Source: an uncultured Chloroflexia bacterium (GTDB taxonomy: Bacteria; Chloroflexota; Limnocylindria; Limnocylindrales; CSP1-4). Taken from it: a stretch of DNA of 64,000 bases. The stretch lies in the NCBI GenBank assembly GCA_963748625.1, contig CAVVJT010000002.1, positions 64,001 to 128,000 on the forward strand, read 5' to 3'. Both the position numbers and the translations under genes were made by a program. The notes beneath the pieces were generated by a model that was given only the letters and a program-made list of their open reading frames with translations, had not been told where the DNA came from and ran no database searches. This document shows, piece after piece, positions 40,799-52,686 of this stretch (position 1 is its first letter; each line of letters begins with the position of its first letter).

Positions 40799-41677
40799 TC
40801 AGGAGAGGTCTTCGGGGACGCCGGCAAGCACCATCGCGGATGCCGGACCGCCGAACCGCATCTCCAGGCGCGCCGACGCGTAGGCGTACGCCTCGAACGG
40901 CTCCAGGCCGCGCTCGTCCGTGAGGTAGGCCCAGGCGCGGTCCACCGCGTGCTGGTGGGCGGCGGCCAGGTCGGCGCCCTGGCCCAGGAACAGGATGGAG
41001 CCGTCGCGTCGCAGGACGGGATGCGAAATGCCAGCGCCCTTGACCAGCGAGACCCGCAGGGTGGAGGCGCCCGCGGACTCCAGCGAGACCCAGGTGGGCT
41101 CCCCGCGGCCCATCGCCGCGTGGTGATCGCCCACCGACAGCAGGCCGCCGGCCACCTGGACCGGCAGGTCCACCACGGTGCCCGGGCTCATCTCGCGCAG
41201 GTCCATGTTGCCGCCCCAGTGGTAGGCGGGCATGAACGTGGAGCCCACCCCTTCCGCGGGCGCCAGGCCGATGCAGCCGATCATCGGCTCCACCGGCACG
41301 CGCAGGCGTGGCGAGATCACGGCATAGCCGTTCTCGAGCGGGATGTTCCGCGCCACGGTCTCCTGCGTGTAGCCGCCCAGCGCCCCGAACCCGGGCAGCC
41401 AGACCGACCACGAGCGGTGGATCTCGACATCGAGGATCTCGCAGCGGATCGCGTCGCCGGGCTCCGCGCCCTCGACGAAGACCGGGCCGGTCACCCGGTT
41501 GAAGGTCTCCAGGCCGATCGACTCCAGGGACTCACCCAACGAGAGCCGCTCGTAGGCGATGTCGCCGGTCTCGAACCGGACGACGGCCCCGGGTGCGACG
41601 CGCGCCTTCGGCTCGTGCCCGGCGCGGAAGTCGAGCGTGTGCTGCTCTTTCGCGAGGACGAGGTCGGGCGCGGTCAT
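40799..41677 (-). CDS. Second acetamidase/formamidase family protein
   Basis: GPVFVEGAEPGD, GGNMD, GDHHAAMGRGE; GGAG before ATG 41677. Confidence 0.88.
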   Translation of the reverse strand: MTAPDLVLAKEQHTLDFRAGHEPKARVAPGAVVRFETGDIAYERLSLGESLESIGLETFNRVTGPVFVEGAEPGDAIRCEILDVEIHRSWSVWLPGFGALGGYTQETVARNIPLENGYAVISPRLRVPVEPMIGCIGLAPAEGVGSTFMPAYHWGGNMDLREMSPGTVVDLPVQVAGGLLSVGDHHAAMGRGEPTWVSLESAGASTLRVSLVKGAGISHPVLRRDGSILFLGQGADLAAAHQHAVDRAWAYLTDERGLEPFEAYAYASARLEMRFGGPASAMVLAGVPEDLS

Positions 41678-41678
41678 C

Positions 41679-42796
<1,118 letters not shown>

Positions 42797-42800
<4 letters not shown>

Positions 42801-43866
42801 AGGTTCCCCGGACGGCCCGTCAGCCGGCCCGCCCCGGCCGGGAACGAGGGCCGCAGCCCGGCGCTGCCGGGGACATCGCCCCTCGACGCGACGCGGCCGT
42901 TCTCTGCCCGGGCCAGGAAGTCCGCGAGGACCGCCATGTACCGGTCGGGCTCCTCGGCGTGGGCGAGGTGCCCCGACTGCTCGAAGATCACCCATTCGGC
43001 GTGCGGCAGGCGCTCCCGGATGGCGGCCACCTGGACCGGCGTCGCCTCGTCATGACGGCCGCTGGTCAGGAGCACCGGCTCCTCGACCACGTCCAGGCGC
43101 GTGAGCACTTCCCAGTCGCGCAGCGTGCCCACCACGTGGAACTCCGTCGGGCCGTTCATGGTCCGGTAGACCTGCGGGTTCCGTGCCAGCTTGGCGAAGG
43201 AGCGAACGTCGAACTCCGGGGGCGGGACGACGCGGCACAGGTGGCGCTCGTAGAAGACGTTGACCGCGGCCTCGTACTCGGGGTCGTCCCAGGTGCCCGC
43301 GGCCTCGTGGCGGTCGAGGACGTCGATGACCGCAGGGGGCAGGTCGGCGCGCAGACGGCCGGTCTCCGCAATCCACATCGGCATCGACGCGGGCGACGAG
43401 GCGATGGTGGCCGAGACGACGCCCGCGGGCCGCGTGACGAGATACTCCATGAGGAGCATGCCGCCCCAGCTCTGGCCCAGGATGTGGACCCGGTCGAGGC
43501 CGAGGGCCGCGCGCACGGTGTCGATCTCGCGCACGTAGAAGTCCACGGTCCAGCGGCTGGGGTCGTCGGGCTGGTCCGAGTTCCCGCACCCCTGCTGGTC
43601 GTAGAAGATCACCCGCCGCCCGGTGGCCGACAGGGCGGCCAGGGACTCCAGGTAGTCGTGGCAGGCACCAGGGCCGCCGTGGAGCAGCAGCAGCGGGAAC
43701 TGGCCGCGGTCCTTCTCGACCTGCTCGTCGCCCACGATCCCCACCCACGTGCGGTAGCCCTCGTGCTCCACGAACAGCTCGCGCGCCTCCAGGGCCGGGT
43801 CGATCGTCCAGAGGTCGGAGACCGGGGCAGCGGCACCGGTACGGGCAGGAGCCATGTCGGGGGCGG

Positions 43867-43870
<4 letters not shown>
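42797..43870 (-). CDS. Proline iminopeptidase / L-amino-acid amidase family (S33) hydrolase
   Basis: [38 protein letters not shown]. Confidence 0.9.
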
Positions 43871-44903
<1,033 letters not shown>

Positions 44904-44907
<4 letters not shown>

Positions 44908-45782
44908 CGCTCACGCTCCCGCGGGTCCAGCTGGGCGCGCAGGCCATCGCCCACGAGGTTCACGGACACCACCGCGAGCATGATCGCGATACCCGCGCTC
45001 ATGGCCGGCCATGGGTTCTGGAGCAGGTAGGAGCGGGCGTCGGCGAGCATGGAGCCCCAGTCCGGGTCCGGCGGCTGCTGGCCGAGGCCCAGGAACGAGA
45101 GGGCGGCGATGTCCAGGATCGCGTAGGCGAGGTCGATGGTGGACTGGACCACGACCGCCGCCACCAGGTTCGGCAGGATGTGGCGGAGCATGATCCGGGT
45201 GTCGGAGTAGCCCAGCGCCTTGCCCGCGTCCACGTACGCCAGGCGCGTCTGCACCAGCGTCACGGAACGCACGAGGCGCGCCATCGCGGGCACGTAGATG
45301 ACGCCCAGCGCGACCACCACCGTCTCGAGCCCGCGCCCGAAGGTGGCCACGATCAGGATCGCGAGCAGCAGGGCCGGGAACGCGAGGAGCGCATCGAGGA
45401 CGCGCATGATCAGCGAGTCCGTCCGGCCGCCGTTGTAGCCGGCCACCAACCCCAGCGGGATGCCGATCACGCCGCTGATGAGGACCACGACGAAGGCGCC
45501 AAGGAGCGTCGGCCGGGCCCCGTAGACGATGCGCGACCAGACGTCGCGGCCCAGCTTGTCCGTGCCCAGGATGTGCTCGGGGCTCGGCGGTGCGAGGGAG
45601 AGGGCGAGGTCCTGGGCGTTCGGGTCGCCGGCGATCAGCCAGGGGACGAAGACCATCACCAGCAGCGGGATCAGGATCGCCAGGCCGATCAGCGACGCCC
45701 GGTTGCGGGCGAGCGGGCTCGAGGCCAGACGGCCGACCCGGCCGGGACGGGTGTACGTGACGCGGGGGAGCTCGGCGGCCAT
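44904..45782 (-). CDS. Peptide ABC permease (OppC/DppC-like)
   Basis: HILGTDKLGRD, RHILPN, LSFLGLG..PP.PDWGSML. Confidence 0.94.
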
Positions 45783-45785
45783 CGG

Positions 45786-46721
45786 CTAGTACCTGATCCG
45801 CGGGTCGATGACCGCGTAGAGGAGGTCGGTCACGAGGTTGATCAGCGTGAAGGCGACCGTGAGGAACAGCACCGAGGCCTGGATCACCGGGTAGTCGCGG
45901 TTCTGGATCGCGTCGGTGATCAGGGAGCCCAGCCCGCCCAGGCCCATGGTGGTCTCCACCAGCACCGCGCCCACGAGCAGGAAGCCCACCTGGAGCGAGG
46001 TGACGGTGAGGACCGGGATCAGCGCATTGCGGAACGCGTGTTTCACCAGGATCGTGCGTTCCGGCAGGCCCTTGGCCCGGGCCGCCTCGATGTAGTCGGT
46101 GTTGAGCGCTTCCAGCATCGCCGAGCGCGTCATCCGCGATGTCAGCGCGATGGTGCCCAGTGCGAGCGCGAATGCTGGGAGCAGGAGGTGCCGGAGGCGG
46201 TCGAGCGGATCGTCGCCGGACCCGAAGGCCGGCAGCCAGCGCAGCCAGACGGCGAAGATGAGCACGCCGACCATGGCCGCGAAGTAGACAGGGATCGACA
46301 GTCCGACCAGCGCGAACAGGGAGCCCACGTAGTCGATGACCGAGTCGCGCTTGCGGGCCTGCAGGATGCCCAGCGGGATGGCGATGGACACCGCGATCAC
46401 CATGGAGAGCGCGATCAGCTCCAGCGTGATGGGAAGGCGGTCGACCAGGAGGCCGGTGACCTCCTGGCGGAGCCGGTAGCTCTCGCCGAGATCCCCTGTG
46501 AGCGCGCGGCCCAGCCACGCCACGTACTGGCTGAACGGGTCGCCCACGAGGCCGAACTGGACGCGCAGCGCCTCGGCGGTGGCAGGGTCCACCTTGCGCC
46601 CGCCCAGGACGATCGTGACAGGGTCGCCCGGGGCGAGCCGGACAAGCCCGAACGTCACGAACGAGACGAACAGGAGGATGGGGATCAGCCCCAGGAGGCG
46701 CCTGAAGACGTAGCCGGCCAC
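45786..46721 (-). CDS. Peptide ABC permease (OppB/DppB-like)
   Basis: APGDP, GDLGES, DYIEAARAKGL, HAFRNA, RDYPVIQ, DPRI. Confidence 0.94.
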   Translation of the reverse strand: MAGYVFRRLLGLIPILLFVSFVTFGLVRLAPGDPVTIVLGGRKVDPATAEALRVQFGLVGDPFSQYVAWLGRALTGDLGESYRLRQEVTGLLVDRLPITLELIALSMVIAVSIAIPLGILQARKRDSVIDYVGSLFALVGLSIPVYFAAMVGVLIFAVWLRWLPAFGSGDDPLDRLRHLLLPAFALALGTIALTSRMTRSAMLEALNTDYIEAARAKGLPERTILVKHAFRNALIPVLTVTSLQVGFLLVGAVLVETTMGLGGLGSLITDAIQNRDYPVIQASVLFLTVAFTLINLVTDLLYAVIDPRIRY

Positions 46722-46751
46722 GTGGTCCTTGCTGGTGGTGGTCCGGGATCA

Positions 46752-46782
46752 GGGGAGCAGGCGAGGTGATCGCCCGCTCCCC
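46752..46782 (-). terminator. Stem-loop after the peptide-binding protein gene
   Basis: GGGGAGC-A-GGCGA loop TCGCC-C-GCTCCCC. Confidence 0.6.
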
Positions 46783-46794
46783 ACCCGGGTTCGC

Positions 46795-48450
46795 CTACTG
46801 GGTGACCCAGGCGTTCTTGAACAGGGACTGCCAGTACCAGAGCGAGTACGCCTCGACGTCCTGGAGCCGCTTGTTCAGGGCGAGCGGCCAGCCCGGATAG
46901 GCGGTCACGATGACCGCCGAGTCCTCGGCGATCTGCTTCTGGGCCTCGATCAGCTTCGCGGCCCGCCCGGCCTTGTCGTTGGGGATCGCGTTCTGGTCCG
47001 TCAGGAGTGCGTCCACCGCATCGTTCTTGTAGTTCGACGCGTTGGCGCCGCCCGCGACGGTGTTCTCGGAGTGGAAGTTCGGGCGCAGGTTGCCGGACGG
47101 ATCGGGGAAGTCCGAGCCCCAGGACGCCACGAGGATGTCGTAGTCGTCGTGCGGGCCGAACTGCAGCGCGACGCTCTCCTGGTAGGTGACCTTGCGGGCC
47201 TCGATCGTGATGCCGAGCTTGCCCATCGCCTCGATGAAGGCCTCGGCCGCGCCCTTGATGGACGGCGTTGACTCGTAGTAGGCGATCGTCTTGCCGTTGA
47301 GCTGGTCGGCGACGCCGGACTCGTCGAGCAGCGCCTTGGCCTTCTCGAGGTCCACGTCGTAGGCCGGGAGCTCATCCCAGGCGGCCTTCCAGGCAGCCTC
47401 CTCGAACGTCCAGAGGGTCGGGTTGACCAGGGTCGACTTGGTGTCGATGGCCTCGGGCCCGTAGTACAGCTGGCGCACGGCCTTCTTGTCGAAGGCGTAG
47501 TTCATGGCCTGGCGGACCTTCACGTTGTCGAAGGGCGCGGCCTGCGTGTTGAACGTGAGCCACTCGCCGTAGTAGGACGGCGTGAACGACAGGTCGACGG
47601 TCTCGATCTGTTCGACGGTGGCGTACTGGTCGGACGGGACGTTGCTGATGACGAAGTCGATCTCGCCTGTCTGAAGGCCGGCCACGCGGGTGGTGGGCTC
47701 GGGCAGGATCTTGATGGTGATCTCGTCGAGGTAGGGGCCGCCGGCGGCCTTGTTCCAGTAGGCGTCGTTGCGGGCGATCTTCTGGTAGTCGCCGGTCTTC
47801 CACTCGACGAACTTGAACGGGCCGGTGCCGATCGAGCCGACCTCGGGCTTGCCGTACTTGTCGCCGTTCTTCTCGACGAAGGCCTTCGAGACGACGTGGG
47901 CGGCCGTGGTGGCGAGCACGTACTCGAACAGCGCGTCGGGCTGGGTCAGGGTGATGGTGACGGTGCTGGCGTCCGTGGCCTTGATGGTGTCCACGCTGGC
48001 GAGCATCCAGCCGACGTAGGACCCAAGGTCCGGGTTCTTGATCCGCTCGAGGCTGAAGACCACGTCGTCAACCGTCATGTCGGTGCCGTCGTGGAACTTG
48101 ACGCCCTGGCGGATCTTGAGCGTGTAGGTCAGGCCGTCCTCGGAGACCGTGTAGGACTCGGCGAGGTTCGGGCAGACCTTGGTGTCTTCCTCGCAGAAGA
48201 TCAGGAGGGGCTCCGTGATCGACGAGGTCGCCAGGCCCGACACGAAGTCGTAGTCGAACGCCGGGTCGAGCGAGGTGGGCTCGCCTTCGATGGCCGCCAC
48301 GATGGAGCCGCCCTGTTGCGGCGTGCCGCCGGTGCCGGCGTCGGTGGACGGCGCGGGGGTTGCCGTGCTGCCACCACAGGCGGCGACCACGATCGAGATA
48401 GCGGACGCGAGCACGGCGAGCCGCACTCCCCGCCGACGGACAGCAGTCAT
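46795..48450 (-). CDS. Family 5 (OppA/DppA-like) ABC substrate-binding lipoprotein
   Basis: Lipobox VAAC, EPTSLDP, LAESYTVSEDGLTYT, FHDG, IGTGPF, VRQAM. Confidence 0.93.
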   Translation of the reverse strand: MTAVRRRGVRLAVLASAISIVVAACGGSTATPAPSTDAGTGGTPQQGGSIVAAIEGEPTSLDPAFDYDFVSGLATSSITEPLLIFCEEDTKVCPNLAESYTVSEDGLTYTLKIRQGVKFHDGTDMTVDDVVFSLERIKNPDLGSYVGWMLASVDTIKATDASTVTITLTQPDALFEYVLATTAAHVVSKAFVEKNGDKYGKPEVGSIGTGPFKFVEWKTGDYQKIARNDAYWNKAAGGPYLDEITIKILPEPTTRVAGLQTGEIDFVISNVPSDQYATVEQIETVDLSFTPSYYGEWLTFNTQAAPFDNVKVRQAMNYAFDKKAVRQLYYGPEAIDTKSTLVNPTLWTFEEAAWKAAWDELPAYDVDLEKAKALLDESGVADQLNGKTIAYYESTPSIKGAAEAFIEAMGKLGITIEARKVTYQESVALQFGPHDDYDILVASWGSDFPDPSGNLRPNFHSENTVAGGANASNYKNDAVDALLTDQNAIPNDKAGRAAKLIEAQKQIAEDSAVIVTAYPGWPLALNKRLQDVEAYSLWYWQSLFKNAWVTQ

Positions 48451-48755
48451 TCCCTCAGGTCCTCCAACGATGCGGGTAGTGCGGCGCGATCCTCCCGGCC
48501 GGGTGCACCGAAGCGGGCAGTGTAGATAATCGATGATCTTCGCGCCACTCTTGTCGCGCTGCTTGACGCAATCTGTCATGTCCTGCCCCCGGATCGGCCC
48601 TGAGCCGCAACCGGTGCCCGCATCGGCGCTGGCGACCTTGCCTGCCGGTGGCCGCGTGCCTGCCGTCCACCGGACAGGTCCGCGCAACACGGCCCCGCCC
48701 CCGCCCGTCCACAGCGCGGCCGGCCGCCCACCGGACCCGCAACCCGGAGGCCCGC

Positions 48756-50408
48756 ATGCGCATCTCCCCCGTCACCCGCGTCCTGCTGCTCGCGCTCGCG
48801 ATCGGCGTCCTCGTGGACATCGTCCTGCCCGGCAATGCGATGGGGGTCAACGCTCCGCTGGTCGTGGCCGCGATGCTCCTAGCCGCGGCGCTGGCCGCCG
48901 GCCTTTCGGGGATCCGACGCGTGGATCCCGCGGACGCCTGGCTCGGGCCTGCGGCGCTGGTGCTCGCCGGGTTCGCTGTCCTGCGCGCGGACGACTGGCT
49001 GGTGGCCTGGGACCTCGCCTTCGCGGCGGCCCTGACTGCCGGGGCGGTCGCCGCGCTCGCCGGTGGGCGGATCACGCGCGGCATCGTCCCGCACGTGCTG
49101 GAGTTGGCCGTGGGCGTCGTGGGGGCCGTGATGGTGGGGCTGTTGGGCCTGGTGGGTCCCGCCCGGCTGGTCCAGCGCGAGTCGCCGACGCCCGGATCCG
49201 GGGAGAGTGCCCGGGCCAGGGTCGGCCGTCGAGTGCAGGCAGGCCTCGTCAGGAGCGCGCCCGTGCTGCGCGGACTCGCCCTGGCGGTGCCCCTGGTGCT
49301 CGTGTTCGCGGTGCTCTTCGCGCTCGCGGATGCCGTGTTCGCCCGCGTGGCCGGCGACATCCTCGCGTGGCGGCCGGAGCTCGACCTTGCCGATGCATTC
49401 GGGCGGGCGCTCGTCGTTGGGACGGCCGCGTGGCTCGTCGCCGGACTGCTTGGGCTCGGGGCCGGGCTGCTGCCGTCGTTCATGCCGTCGCGGCCGTCGC
49501 GGCCCGCCAGACCTGGGTGGTCCGGTCCCGACGGCGGCGGTCCCGTCGACCGCTCCCTCGGGGCGGCGAGCGTCGCGGACCTGCCGCTCCCCGGGCGCTA
49601 CCGGCTCGGCACCGCGGAGGCTTCGACCGTCCTGCTCGTCATCGACCTGCTGTTCGCCGCGTTCGTCGCGCTCCAGGTCGCGTACCTCTTCGGCGGCCAG
49701 GACACGCTCGCCGTCGTCGGGCTCACCTACGCGGAGTACGCGCGTCGCGGGTTCTTCGAGCTGGTCGCGGTCGTGGTGCTCGCCGGGATGCTGGTGGTGA
49801 CGCTGGACGCCCTCGTCGGCCGACGGTCGCGCGTCCAGCTCCTGGCGGGGCTCGTGCTGCTGGGCCTGACCGCGGTGGTGCTGGTGTCGGCGCTGGTGCG
49901 ACTGCGCCTCTACCAGGATGCCTACGGGTGGACCGAGCTGCGGTTCGTGGTGCTCGTGGCGATCGGGTGGCTGGGCGCGGCGATCGCGCTGGTGGCGGGC
50001 CTGCTCGCGACGCGCCGGACAGGGTGGACGCTGCACGTGCTCGGGATCGCGGTGCTCGTGGTGCTGGCCGGGATGAACGTGGTTGGCCCGCAGGCGTTCG
50101 TCGCGGAGCGGAACCTGGAGCGGGCGCTGGATCCCTCGCTGGTCCCGGCAGGCGGGCGGACTGGCCTTGACGCCGGGTACATCTGGGAGCTCGGGGACGA
50201 GGCGGTGCCGGCGGTAGTCACCGCGTGGCCTCGCCTGGACAAGGTTGACCAGGCGGTCCTGGAGCCGGTGCTCGCGGAGCGGGCCCAGGCGCTTGCCGAG
50301 GATCCCGCCTACGCCGGCTGGCCGTCCTGGAACCTCGCCCGGGAGCGGGCCAGGGACGCGCTTGGGGCATGGGCGGTGGCGGCACCGGCAGCATCGACCT
50401 GGCGGTGA
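48756..50408 (+). CDS. DUF4173/DUF4153-like polytopic membrane protein
   Basis: LFALADAVF, QVAYLFGG, TYAEYARRGFFEL, RLRLYQDAYGWTELR; GGAGG RBS. Confidence 0.82.
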   Translation: MRISPVTRVLLLALAIGVLVDIVLPGNAMGVNAPLVVAAMLLAAALAAGLSGIRRVDPADAWLGPAALVLAGFAVLRADDWLVAWDLAFAAALTAGAVAALAGGRITRGIVPHVLELAVGVVGAVMVGLLGLVGPARLVQRESPTPGSGESARARVGRRVQAGLVRSAPVLRGLALAVPLVLVFAVLFALADAVFARVAGDILAWRPELDLADAFGRALVVGTAAWLVAGLLGLGAGLLPSFMPSRPSRPARPGWSGPDGGGPVDRSLGAASVADLPLPGRYRLGTAEASTVLLVIDLLFAAFVALQVAYLFGGQDTLAVVGLTYAEYARRGFFELVAVVVLAGMLVVTLDALVGRRSRVQLLAGLVLLGLTAVVLVSALVRLRLYQDAYGWTELRFVVLVAIGWLGAAIALVAGLLATRRTGWTLHVLGIAVLVVLAGMNVVGPQAFVAERNLERALDPSLVPAGGRTGLDAGYIWELGDEAVPAVVTAWPRLDKVDQAVLEPVLAERAQALAEDPAYAGWPSWNLARERARDALGAWAVAAPAASTWR

Positions 50409-50450
50409 GCCTGCGCTCGCACGTCCCGGCCGACACCGCCGTTCAGATGG

Positions 50451-51446
50451 TCAGCTGTTGTCGCCCCAGCCCGGGACCGGATCGGGGGACGCCGGCGGGG
50501 TCGCCCGGCGGCCAAGGCGCCTCGCCACCTTGTAGCCGAGGAACGAGAGGACCGCGATCACCAGCAGCACCGGCAGCCAGACGATCGCGAACCAGATCAG
50601 GCCCGACACCAGCGTCTGCCCGGCGCCGATCAGCGTCGCGAGCGCACCGTCGACATCCTCGGTCGGGTCCCAGCCCGCGGCTGTCTCCTGGACCTGGATG
50701 ATCTCGGTCCCGAACGTCGCCACCAGCGTCCCATAGGCGACCTGGTCGGCGAGGCGGGCGCGCTGGCCCTCGAGCGACTCGATCTGGCCGCGCACATCGG
50801 CGATGCGCGCCTCAACTTCGAGCAGGTCGGTGACCTTGCCGGTGCCCTTCGCGATCTCGACGAGGACCCCCTCGGACGCCCGCAGGTTCCGGATCCGGGC
50901 CTCGAGGTCCACCATCTGGCCGCCGACCTCGGTGGCCTGGGTCTGCTCGCCCACGACCTTGGTGGCGACGCCTCGCAGCGAGGCGAGGGCGTCCTCCCAG
51001 CGGTCGGCGGGGATGCGGTAGGTGATGACGGCGACGGAACGGTCGTCCGTGTTGGACTCCTCCGACGCGCCGATGTAGCCACCCGTCGCGAGGACCGCCG
51101 TCTTGGCCTTCGCCAGCGCCGTCTGCAGGTCGTCCACCACCAGCTCCAGCGAGCCCGTGTAGACCACCATCAGGTCGTCGCGCGGGGCTGCCGGGTTGCC
51201 GCCCTCCTGCTCGGGCAGCGAGCCGGTCCCCGTGCCGCCGTTCCCGCCCTCGGACTCCGGGGCCTGGGCGGCGGGTGCAGGAGCAGCGGTGGCCGCCGCC
51301 TGCTCCTCGTAACCGCCGTCGTCATACGCGGCGCCACCAGAGCTCCCGGCGCACGCGCCGAGCACGAGCATGAGAACGACCAGGGGGATGAGGAGCGCGG
51401 GAAGCCTGCCCGATCGGGCGCGTCCCTGGCGCTGCATGGTACGCAT
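50451..51446 (-). CDS. DUF4349-like lipoprotein with coiled coil and C-terminal TM
   Basis: Lipobox LGAC, GGYI, RIPAD, DLEARIRNL, IESLEG, C-terminal hydrophobic segment. Confidence 0.82.
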   Translation of the reverse strand: MRTMQRQGRARSGRLPALLIPLVVLMLVLGACAGSSGGAAYDDGGYEEQAAATAAPAPAAQAPESEGGNGGTGTGSLPEQEGGNPAAPRDDLMVVYTGSLELVVDDLQTALAKAKTAVLATGGYIGASEESNTDDRSVAVITYRIPADRWEDALASLRGVATKVVGEQTQATEVGGQMVDLEARIRNLRASEGVLVEIAKGTGKVTDLLEVEARIADVRGQIESLEGQRARLADQVAYGTLVATFGTEIIQVQETAAGWDPTEDVDGALATLIGAGQTLVSGLIWFAIVWLPVLLVIAVLSFLGYKVARRLGRRATPPASPDPVPGWGDNS

Positions 51447-51598
51447 GGTGGCCGGTCCCTCCGGGACACTGCCACAGACGGTCTCGTGACCGGCGGCTGC
51501 GGCATGGCGGAGACGCGCGCGCAGGGTGTCCGGTTCCCAGCATGCGCCGCGCACCGGAGGTGTCAAGGCGCGCTTCCCCCGCGCGGTATCGTGCAGCG

Positions 51599-52684
51599 AT
51601 GCGACTCCCCTTCGAGCCCCCCGTCGAGCCCATGCTGGCCAAGGCCGCCGACGCCCTCCCCGACGGTGGCGGCTGGCTGTACGAGCCCAAGTGGGACGGC
51701 TTTCGTGCGCTGGTCTTCCGCGACGGCGACGAGGTGTACACGCAGAGCCGGGACCTGAAGCCCCTCGACCGCTACTTCCCCGAGCTCGCCGCGCCGTTGC
51801 GGGCGAACCTCCCGGAGCGCTGCGTCCTCGATGGCGAGGTGGTGATCGCCCGCGACGGCGCGCTCCAGTTCGAGTCGCTGCTGCTGCGCATCCACCCGGC
51901 CGCCTCGCGCGTGGCGATGCTGGCGGCCGAGACACCGGCCTCGTTCGTGGCGTGGGACCTGCTGGCCCTCGGCGACGAGGATCTGCGAGCCACACCCCAG
52001 GGTGAGCGCCGCGAACGCCTGGTCGAGGCCCTGGGCGGCGCGCAGCCCCCGGTCCACGTCACGCCGGCCACGCTGGATCGCGCGCTCGCCGCCGACTGGT
52101 TCGAGCGCTTCGAGGGCGCCGGGCTCGACGGCGTGGTCGCCAAGCGCCTGGACGGCGCCTACCAACCGGGCAAGCGGGCGATGCTCAAGATCAAGCACGC
52201 GCGCACCGCCGACTGCGTCGTCGCGGGCTTCCGCTGGCACAAGAACGGGCCGGGGACGCACATCGGCAGCCTGCTGCTGGGCCTGTTCGACGATGCGGGC
52301 AAGCTCCACCATCTGGGGATCACGAGCTCCTTCACGTGGGAACGGCGCGCCGCCCTCGTTGAGGAGCTGGCACCCCTCCGCGAAGGCGCGCTCGACGGGC
52401 ACCCGTGGGCCGAGTGGGCGGCCTGGGCGGACATGGGCACCGATGGGTCGGGCCAGCGCCTGCCGGGCGCGGGCTCAAGGTGGAACCGCGGCAAGGACCT
52501 GTCCTGGGAGCCGCTGCGCTGCGAGCGCGTGGTCGAGGTTGCGTACGACCACCTCCAGGGCGACCGGTTCCGCCACGCCACCACGTTCCGCCGCTGGCGG
52601 CCCGACAAGCAGCCAGCCGACTGCCGGTACGACCAGCTCGAGACCAGCACGCCGTTCGAGATCGCCCGGATCTTCGGGGCCTGA
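51599..52684 (+). CDS. ligC: ATP-dependent DNA ligase, LigC-type
   Basis: PMLAK, YEPKWDGFR, DGEVV, WDLL, GLDGVVAK, KIKH, EVAYDH, RWRPDK. Confidence 0.9.
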   Translation: MRLPFEPPVEPMLAKAADALPDGGGWLYEPKWDGFRALVFRDGDEVYTQSRDLKPLDRYFPELAAPLRANLPERCVLDGEVVIARDGALQFESLLLRIHPAASRVAMLAAETPASFVAWDLLALGDEDLRATPQGERRERLVEALGGAQPPVHVTPATLDRALAADWFERFEGAGLDGVVAKRLDGAYQPGKRAMLKIKHARTADCVVAGFRWHKNGPGTHIGSLLLGLFDDAGKLHHLGITSSFTWERRAALVEELAPLREGALDGHPWAEWAAWADMGTDGSGQRLPGAGSRWNRGKDLSWEPLRCERVVEVAYDHLQGDRFRHATTFRRWRPDKQPADCRYDQLETSTPFEIARIFGA

Positions 52685-52686
52685 GC

